DNA from: an uncultured Erysipelotrichaceae bacterium
GTDB lineage: Bacteria > Bacillota_I > Bacilli_A > RFN20 > CAG-826
DNA length: 55,042 nucleotides
NCBI GenBank assembly: GCA_900314585.1
Contig: OMVV01000011.1
Span: 1 to 55,042 of the forward strand
Direction of reading: 5' to 3'
Shown here: one piece after another, positions 48,831-55,042 of the stretch
How positions within the stretch are numbered: the first letter of the stretch is position 1
Layout of the letters: each line of letters opens with the position of its first letter
Made by a program: the position numbers and the translations under genes
The notes under the pieces: generated by a model
Databases searched by the model: none
What the model was told of the DNA's origin: nothing
Seen by the model: the letters and a program-made list of their open reading frames with translations, nothing else

Positions 48831-49813
48831 TGAATCCTCTTTTTATTATTGGAATTGTTTTAGCAGGTTTAGTTGTTCTCTTTTTTGTGATGTATTTCGC
48901 GAATAAATCTGCATCCAAAAAGATTTATCCTCGTCGAGGAGATGCATCAAATTCAATCAAGTATCCTTTACCAAGCGATTTTAACAATCTCGACATTAAA
49001 AAGGATTACTTTGTTAATAACAAAAACGCCAGGTTAACTGTTTATACATACGTTAAAAAGAACACCTCTCCTAAAGCGGTTGTCTTAGTTTCACACGGCA
49101 TTGGCGGTGGACATTTTTATTTGCTCCCTCTAATTAACTATTTATGTCTTCGCGATTTAGCGGTTGTTGCATATGATCAATATGGCTCAATGACAAGCGA
49201 AGGTCGTCGCATCGAATCAATGAATCAAGGAGCGATTGATGTTAAGTTTGCTCTTAGATATGTTGAAGATCATTTCAAATTACCAATTTACACATTAGGA
49301 CATTCTTGGGGAGGATATTGTGCTGCTCAAACTTTACGTTATTCTTCTAAAGTTGAAAAATGTGCCATAATTGCTGGATTAAATAATGAAGCGTCGATGG
49401 TTAATGTACCAGCATTTTTCCGTCCACTTGCCAAACTTATTGTTATGCTTTGTGGAGCGACTTTATATGGCAAGTATGCTTTCTATTCAACCTATGGTGC
49501 AATGAAGAAAACATCGGCAAAAGTCTTATATCTTCAAGGAAAAGACGATCCAGTAGTACTTCCAAAATATACTGGTTATAAGTATCAAAAGAAGTTTAAA
49601 AATAAGAAAAATATCAAGGTTGTTATGCTTGATAAAAAAGGCCACTCTCCAATTGTTACTTATGAATCACAACTTCGCCAAGCAGAAGTGATGAAACAAT
49701 TTGGCATCTTAGGCGGCAATCTAGTCGATTTAGATACATACATTGATTTTAATAAAAACAACATCCCAGACAAGGATGTCTATAATTTGATCGGCGATTT
49801 TTTGGTGGATTAA
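48830..49813 (+). CDS. Membrane-anchored alpha/beta hydrolase (lipase/esterase-like)
   Basis: N-terminal TM; HG oxyanion motif, GHSWG nucleophile elbow, putative Asp (GKDD) and His (GHS). Confidence 0.85.
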   Translation: MNPLFIIGIVLAGLVVLFFVMYFANKSASKKIYPRRGDASNSIKYPLPSDFNNLDIKKDYFVNNKNARLTVYTYVKKNTSPKAVVLVSHGIGGGHFYLLPLINYLCLRDLAVVAYDQYGSMTSEGRRIESMNQGAIDVKFALRYVEDHFKLPIYTLGHSWGGYCAAQTLRYSSKVEKCAIIAGLNNEASMVNVPAFFRPLAKLIVMLCGATLYGKYAFYSTYGAMKKTSAKVLYLQGKDDPVVLPKYTGYKYQKKFKNKKNIKVVMLDKKGHSPIVTYESQLRQAEVMKQFGILGGNLVDLDTYIDFNKNNIPDKDVYNLIGDFLVD

Positions 49814-51759
49814 TGTCTCTGCTTTAAAATATAAAGCGTAAATTCGTTAACAGTGTTTAATCTACCAATCATTTCGGTAGATATTTTTATATCAAATTCA
49901 GATTCGATTGAGGCGATAACCGACATATACGTAAATGAATCACCAGATAAATCTAAGATGATGTGTGCGCTTGGAGCGATTTCTTTAACATCGATATTTA
50001 AAACATCCGCGATAATTTCACTTACATGTTTTGAAACTTGTTCAATTTCTCTTTCTTCGAAACCTTCAAAAGAAACTAGATCAGCATTATTTAATCTAAT
50101 GAATGTTTCTGGGCGATTTTTTAAATCATCAACGAGTTGATAACGCATTATTTTCATCGATGCATTGATTGGAAGAGGTAATGTTGAAAGAAAGAATTCT
50201 TGAACTTGCATTGAAGTTGGAAGTTTAGAATTACAATCTGCGATTTGATTTTCTAATTTCTCTTTTTCATCTTTATCTAACTTATGAGAGATATAAATCA
50301 CCATCGCAAGCTTTTCGCCTTCTTTACTTGGCATACCTAAGATTGCAAGATTATCGATATAGTCTAAATCAGAGAACTTAGTTTCAATTTCATCTGGATA
50401 AATGTTCTCGCCATTAGCGCCGATAACGACATCTTTGATTTTACCTTTAATGTAGGTGTAGCCTTCTTCATCGATCATAGCGATATCGCCAGTATGGAAG
50501 TAGCCATCTTTATCAACTGACGATTTTTCAAGTTTGCCATTTACTAATGTTTCCGAGTGAATTTGTGGTGATTTTACCAGCAATTCTCCATTATCTAGCT
50601 TATATTCAACATTTGTCAAAGCTTTACCAACCGCACCTTTATTACGTTGTCTTACATCTGGAGAAAGTTCTACAGAAGTGATACCGATTTCGGTCATTCC
50701 ATAGCCATTGTATAATGGATAGCCCACTCCATTGATTGTGCGTAAAGTCTCTTTTGAAAGAGCCGAACCACCCGCAATGCAATAAACAACATTATTTCCA
50801 AGGATTTGTTTTTGGAGTTTATTTAAAACAATCTTGCTTGAAGCAAGGCCCGCTTCTGTTTTGGATATTTCTTTATTGTTATATGCAATTGTTTTGGCGA
50901 TTAACTTTTGTCGAGATTCGCTTTGTTTTTCTAAAGAAGCGTGGATTGATTTTGCGACTCGATCCCAAAACATTGGGACAGAGAAAATGTGTGATACTTT
51001 GTATTTTTTGCACATCCCAACGATTTCATCAGGATTGATTGATTTGGTAAAGACAAAGGTTCTTCCAAAAAACGAGAACCAGAACAAAACCGCGACAAAA
51101 CCAAAGATATGTGAAAACGGAACAATCGTAATCAAACGAACGTCTGGTTTTTGATACATGATTGTATCGGTGGTATCTGGCATGCAATAGGCGGCATAGA
51201 TTTGATGAGCAAGATTATCGCTGTTATAGACAAAGATTCTTGATTTAGCAGTGGTGCCGCTGGTGCAAAATGCTACTTTTGAAGCGAATTCTTCTTCGCT
51301 TGATTCTTCACCTAATTCAATGGAATTAACATTGAGGCATTGAACATCAAATGCTTCATCTTTATCACTAAGAAGAGCTTTCGCTCCGCTTTCTTTGAGT
51401 AAACGAGTAACATCACTATTTAATGTGATTGGATTAATTAAGATTGGATTAAATCCAGCGATGAGAAGTCCCCAAAAGGAATAAACCCATTTTGGAGAGT
51501 TATTCATCTTTAATGCGACAAACGATCCTTTTGGACATTCAAATGCTTTTTCAAAAGCAAAGCCATATTGAAGAGCGACATGTCTAAACTCTTGATAAGT
51601 CGCTTTATGAGTTTTGTTATTATCATCTTCATAAATGAAAATAATACGCTTTTTCCAGGTGCTGGTTTGGATGTCAAAAATGTCCTTAAAGCTTCTTTTG
51701 GTAGACATCAAAAGATTGGCTTCATCGAAGAACACTTGCATTTTTGGATCATTTTTCAT
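49810..51759 (-). CDS. Long-chain acyl-adenylate-forming enzyme fused to a C-terminal acyl carrier domain
   Basis: TSGTTAKSR, GYGMTE, HTGD, GENIYPDEIE; C-terminal DLSGDSFT...IESEFDIKI ACP domain. Confidence 0.85.
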   Translation of the reverse strand: MKNDPKMQVFFDEANLLMSTKRSFKDIFDIQTSTWKKRIIFIYEDDNNKTHKATYQEFRHVALQYGFAFEKAFECPKGSFVALKMNNSPKWVYSFWGLLIAGFNPILINPITLNSDVTRLLKESGAKALLSDKDEAFDVQCLNVNSIELGEESSEEEFASKVAFCTSGTTAKSRIFVYNSDNLAHQIYAAYCMPDTTDTIMYQKPDVRLITIVPFSHIFGFVAVLFWFSFFGRTFVFTKSINPDEIVGMCKKYKVSHIFSVPMFWDRVAKSIHASLEKQSESRQKLIAKTIAYNNKEISKTEAGLASSKIVLNKLQKQILGNNVVYCIAGGSALSKETLRTINGVGYPLYNGYGMTEIGITSVELSPDVRQRNKGAVGKALTNVEYKLDNGELLVKSPQIHSETLVNGKLEKSSVDKDGYFHTGDIAMIDEEGYTYIKGKIKDVVIGANGENIYPDEIETKFSDLDYIDNLAILGMPSKEGEKLAMVIYISHKLDKDEKEKLENQIADCNSKLPTSMQVQEFFLSTLPLPINASMKIMRYQLVDDLKNRPETFIRLNNADLVSFEGFEEREIEQVSKHVSEIIADVLNIDVKEIAPSAHIILDLSGDSFTYMSVIASIESEFDIKISTEMIGRLNTVNEFTLYILKQRH

Positions 51760-51827
51760 GTTATAAAGTATAAACCATAATTCTTTAAGTAGATAATTAT
51801 ATTATTTTTAATTATACTTTCATTACT

Positions 51828-51910
51828 GCAGCGGTGGCGAAATTGGTATACGCGTAGGTTTCAGAAGCCTATCCTAACGGTTGAGAGTTCAAGTCTCTCC
51901 CGCTGCACCA
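51828..51910 (+). tRNA. tRNA-Leu(CAG)
   Basis: Long variable arm, A73; anticodon arm taggt-tt-CAG-aa-gccta; encoded CCA. Confidence 0.92.
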
Positions 51911-51958
51911 GAGAAAACGTTAGACAAAAATCTGATAATTTCTTAGAATTATTACTCC

Positions 51959-52043
51959 GCCCACGTGGTGAAACTGGTAGACGCAAAGGACTCAAAATCC
52001 TTCGGAGAAATCCATGTCGGTTCGATTCCGACCGTGGGCACCA
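51959..52043 (+). tRNA. tRNA-Leu(CAA)
   Basis: Long variable arm; aagga-ct-CAA-aa-tcctt; encoded CCA. Confidence 0.95.
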
Positions 52044-52122
52044 TTTTTGCAAATAAATTCTCGGTATTCGCTGAGAATTTTATTTATTGTTAACATCTTT
52101 TCTAATATGAGATAATCGTCTT

Positions 52123-52410
52123 GTGGCGAGCTCAAAAGAATATCTAACATATGTCCTTGAACTTCTTCGCGAAGTGCGAGGTATTTCATATAAAAAGATG
52201 ATGGGAGAATATATTCTTTATAAAGATGAAACCATCTTTGGAGGAATATACGATAATCGCTTTTTAATTAAGAAAACTCCTTCAACTGATCGCTTAGGTC
52301 TAAAGGAGGTCATTCCATATCCATCTTCAAAAGGGATGTATCTTCTTGACTGTGAGAGCCCTAATGAAATTAAAGATATCATTTTAGATATATATAACGA
52401 TTTAAGATGA
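52123..52410 (+). CDS. TfoX/Sxy N-terminal domain protein
   Basis: MASSKEYLTYVLE...YKKMMGEYILY...GGIYDNRFLIK...PY. Confidence 0.85.
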   Translation: MASSKEYLTYVLELLREVRGISYKKMMGEYILYKDETIFGGIYDNRFLIKKTPSTDRLGLKEVIPYPSSKGMYLLDCESPNEIKDIILDIYNDLR

Positions 52411-52484
52411 TCTTTCTAAATTAATAAAAATTAATTAATAGTTGAAATTTTCACTTAGATAAAATATCATAATTCTCGCCCTTT

Positions 52485-52560
52485 GCCGTCGTAGCTCAGT
52501 CGGTAGAGCAACTGTCTCGTAATCAGTAGGTCGGGAGTTCGATTCTCTTCGACGGCACCA
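52485..52560 (+). tRNA. tRNA-Thr(CGT)
   Basis: Cloverleaf; actgt-ct-CGT-aa-tcagt (U31:U39 mismatch); encoded CCA. Confidence 0.93.
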
Positions 52561-52576
52561 TTTCCCAGAAGCAGAT

Positions 52577-52652
52577 GGGTGTTTAGCTCAGCTGGGAGAG
52601 CATCTGTTTGACGTACAGAAGGTCACAGGTTCGAGCCCTGTAGCACCCACCA
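52577..52652 (+). tRNA. tRNA-Val(GAC)
   Basis: tctgt-tt-GAC-gt-acaga; encoded CCA. Confidence 0.95.
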
Positions 52653-52745
52653 TTTGATAAGAATTCCAATGTCGTAAGATGTTGGATTTTTTATTTTTTT
52701 AACAAATCGACATCTTCACTGAGTATATATTGGTAGAGGTTGTTA

Positions 52746-52794
52746 TTGAAAATAATCTAAAGTGTGCCTATAATTTGAATAGGGCGGTATACCG
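52746..52794 (+). promoter_or_regulatory. sigma-A promoter and candidate operator of the HTH-NTase operon
   Basis: TTGAAA-N17-TATAAT (52746-52774), then palindrome CGGTATACCG (52785-52794). Confidence 0.65.
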
Positions 52795-52806
52795 ACGTAT
52801 ATATTT

Positions 52807-53388
52807 ATGTTAAGAGCAATTTTAGAAAAAAAGAATATGTCCATATATAGGCTTGAAAAGTCTAGCAATATTTCACATGCGACTTTATCTGATCTTGTTA
52901 ATGAAAAGACTAAGCCAGAGAATTGCTCATCTTTTTTATTAAAAGAAATATCTTCATCGCTAAATATGAGCATGGATGATTTATACGATAAACTCACATA
53001 TAAAGATTTATCTGCAATCAAATTTGATAAGAAGTTCGATTTGTTTAAAAGCAATGTCGCGCACGAACTCCATTCTCTTGAATATAAGGCTTTCCTAAAA
53101 AAATATCTGACTAGCAACGAAATTGAGGAAATGTTCGAAAACAAAAAACAAAAAGAAGCGTTATATCTTGTCGCGTTGATCGATTTTATTTGTCAATGTC
53201 ATAACTTACCGATTCCTACCAAATATAACAACATCCGCAATTACAAATTAGAAACTTACTATGTCTCTGAAAGCCTATATCGTTTGATGGAAACAAAACA
53301 GATATTGTTTTCAACAATTTATAAAGAATCGATATCTTCTTTTAAGGACCACAACATCATTGAGGCGGATATAGATAATGTCGCATAA
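52807..53388 (+). CDS. XRE-type HTH protein with uncharacterised C-terminal domain (putative antitoxin/regulator)
   Basis: MSIYRLEKSSNISHATLSDLVN HTH; overlaps the next gene by 11 nt. Confidence 0.75.
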   Translation: MLRAILEKKNMSIYRLEKSSNISHATLSDLVNEKTKPENCSSFLLKEISSSLNMSMDDLYDKLTYKDLSAIKFDKKFDLFKSNVAHELHSLEYKAFLKKYLTSNEIEEMFENKKQKEALYLVALIDFICQCHNLPIPTKYNNIRNYKLETYYVSESLYRLMETKQILFSTIYKESISSFKDHNIIEADIDNVA

Positions 53389-54061
53389 TAAGACACTCAA
53401 CAAAGCTGATTTAGATTTATATTTTTCTGATTTAGGAAAACTTCTAAAAAAGAAGATTAGAAACAAGAATTTGTCGGTTGAAATAATAGTGGTCGGTGGA
53501 GCCTCTATCCTTCTTAATTACAATTTCAGAGACACAACTGTTGACATTGATTGCATCGATGTTCATGACGCTTTAATGAATGAAGTGGTGAACGAAGTCG
53601 CAAACAAGTACGATCTTCCTACCAATTGGATTAACACTGATTTTAAGAACACAAGTTCGTATTCTCAAAAACTAGTGAATTATTCCTCGTTTTACAAAAC
53701 ATATTATGGAGTTTTGAACATCAGAACCATTAAGGGCGAATATCTAATCGCAATGAAAATCGTTTCAGCGCGAAAATATAAAAACGATTATTCTGATATT
53801 TACGGAATTATCAAATGGTATAAGGACAATAATATTGATTTATCTATGGACCAAATCGATAAATCGATTGATGAATTATATTCCTCGCATAATCGAGTCG
53901 ATAAAGATGCTTACAAATTTACAAAACATCTTGTAGAAAATATTAATTCCATTCCAATTGAAACAATCAAGAAAAGCGAAGAAGAAAATTTAAAAATAAT
54001 TAAAAACAAAGAGAACATAGATCAGATTGATAATATCGATGAGATCTTAAAAAAGATATAA
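53378..54061 (+). CDS. DUF6036-like pol-beta superfamily nucleotidyltransferase (putative toxin)
   Basis: IIVVGGAS...FRDTTVDID NTase motif, WIN, LIAMK...R..ND.SD (AbiEii-like KxxxR..D). Confidence 0.75.
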   Translation: MSHNKTLNKADLDLYFSDLGKLLKKKIRNKNLSVEIIVVGGASILLNYNFRDTTVDIDCIDVHDALMNEVVNEVANKYDLPTNWINTDFKNTSSYSQKLVNYSSFYKTYYGVLNIRTIKGEYLIAMKIVSARKYKNDYSDIYGIIKWYKDNNIDLSMDQIDKSIDELYSSHNRVDKDAYKFTKHLVENINSIPIETIKKSEEENLKIIKNKENIDQIDNIDEILKKI

Positions 54062-54360
54062 TCACCAGAGTTTATAAGAGTGCCAATATCATAAGATAAC
54101 GGATTTTTATTACGAAGCAGAGACAATATAATTGTCTCACCAGCGGTGAGAAAAATAGATATTAGTCAGATTAAATAAAAAGAATTCCCACTAGGCGGTA
54201 GTCATTAGCTACCACGGGTGAATTCTGCAAATATAAAAACATATGAGTTATATGATTGTAAATATTTTTTTATCTAAAAGCCTGAGTAATAACTCGTGAT
54301 CATATCGAAAGAAAAATCGACATTTTATTTTGTATTAGCAACTCGGTGAGAGAACATCTA

Positions 54361-54451
54361 TTTGACGTACAGAAGGTCACAGGTTCGAGCCCTGTAGCAC
54401 CCACCATCTAAAATAAGAATTCCAATGTCATAAGATGTTGGATTTTTTATT
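54361..54451 (+). repeat. attR-like duplicate of the tRNA-Val 3' half and downstream hairpin
   Basis: Identical to 52607-52653, then near-identical to about 52657-52695; the 5' acceptor strand and D-arm are not conserved. Confidence 0.9.
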
Positions 54452-54460
54452 ATGTTTGGG

Positions 54461-54487
54461 TTAGCACTCTTACTTAGTAAGTGCTTG
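54461..54487. promoter_or_regulatory. CIRCE-like inverted repeat (candidate HrcA operator)
   Basis: TTAGCACTC-N9-aAGTGCTtg: left arm 9/9 and right arm 6/9 against the CIRCE consensus, with exact spacing. Confidence 0.5.
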
Positions 54488-54488
54488 A

Positions 54489-54506
54489 CTCTCTCTCTCT
54501 CTCTCT
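54489..54506 (+). repeat. (CT)9 dinucleotide tract forming the promoter spacer
   Basis: ttga(ct)9agaat: lies between -35 TTGACT and -10 TAGAAT/TAAAAT. Confidence 0.85.
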
Positions 54507-54571
54507 AGAATAAAATGTAACAAAAGTTCATTTGTTAATGATCAAAATATTTTTAGAAAGTTGGCAATGAT

Positions 54572-55042
54572 ATGAAGAGATATTTTATTTGTTTATCGAG
54601 TTTGTTTATTGTTTTTTGTGCCGCTCTAGTTGGCTGTAATAATCAGTCTTCTATTGAAGAAACGACATCAAGTTTATCTAGCACCAGCCATTCAACAGTG
54701 ACGAGTTATTCATCTTCTATAGTGGGAGATAATACGACTATTGAATCTGTCCACGAACATTCGTTTAGTGAATTGTGGTCTAGTGATTCGACATATCATT
54801 GGCATGAATCTACGTGTGGGCATAATGTAGTTAGCAATAAAAGCGAACACTTGTTTACCAATGTTGTAACCCCACCTTCTTACGATGCTGGTGGTTATAC
54901 AACTCATACCTGTAGTGTTTGTGGATATTCCTACATTGATAGTGAGACAGCTCAACTTATCCATCATTATTCAGATAGCTGGTCACACGACGAAACACAT
55001 CATTGGCATACTTGCGATGACAGTGGATTTGAGAATCTAAAG
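54572..55042 (+). CDS. Surface lipoprotein with Ser/Thr linker and His/Cys/Trp repeats (partial, runs off window; absent from the ORF track)
   Basis: Manual translation MKRYFICLSSLFIVFCAALVGC-NNQSS...HEHSFSELWSSDSTYHWHESTCGH...HTCSVCGY...WSHDETHHWHTC; lipobox LVGC; no stop before the window end. Confidence 0.85.
   Translation, partial: MKRYFICLSSLFIVFCAALVGCNNQSSIEETTSSLSSTSHSTVTSYSSSIVGDNTTIESVHEHSFSELWSSDSTYHWHESTCGHNVVSNKSEHLFTNVVTPPSYDAGGYTTHTCSVCGYSYIDSETAQLIHHYSDSWSHDETHHWHTCDDSGFENLK

Larger units (their letters stand above)
52607..54451. mobile_element. About 1.75 kb integrase-less genomic islet inserted at tRNA-Val(GAC)
   Basis: 47-bp perfect direct repeat (52607-52653 and 54361-54407) starting at the anticodon loop, plus about 40 bp of near-identical downstream hairpin sequence. 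Confidence 0.8.

Noticed and set aside
54331-54406. Second functional tRNA-Val
   Set aside because: The 5' acceptor strand and D-arm cannot pair properly; only the 3' half is conserved, so it is treated as an att-like repeat.

Overview
Chromosomal window from an AT-rich Firmicute, most consistent with an uncultured Bacilli lineage near the Erysipelotrichales/Mollicutes (inferred from gene order, gene losses and protein style). It uses genetic code 11. Positions 1-32.4 kb hold the end of an rRNA operon (23S 3' end, 5S) and a Bacillus-like core block: yloU-fakA-recG-plsX-rnc-ftsY-ylxM-ffh, an inverted rpsP-khpA-rimM-trmD, rplS-sip-rbgA-rnhB-dprA-topA-trmFO-xerC, and rpsB-tsf-pyrH-frr-uppS-cdsA-dxr-rseP-polC. 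Positions 32.4-55 kb are more variable: seven tRNAs, an ABC exporter, zinc-ribbon membrane proteins, a large membrane-anchored S8 protease, an rnf operon with ApbE/NusG-II/Gx genes, an acyl-adenylate synthetase-ACP fusion, a 1.75 kb islet at tRNA-Val, and the start of a lipoprotein missed by the ORF track. The most notable observations are: (1) the integrase-less tRNA-Val islet with a putative HTH + nucleotidyltransferase toxin-antitoxin or defence pair; (2) a (CT)9 tract filling the promoter spacer of the lipoprotein gene, suggesting phase variation, overlapped by a CIRCE-like box; (3) an Rnf complex whose RnfB lacks ferredoxin domains, next to an extra small Cys-rich membrane protein; (4) EF-Ts with an atypical internal deletion; (5) a motif shared by the dprA upstream region and the islet end; (6) frequent leaderless-type gene starts. 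All calls come from reading the sequence; no database searches were run.
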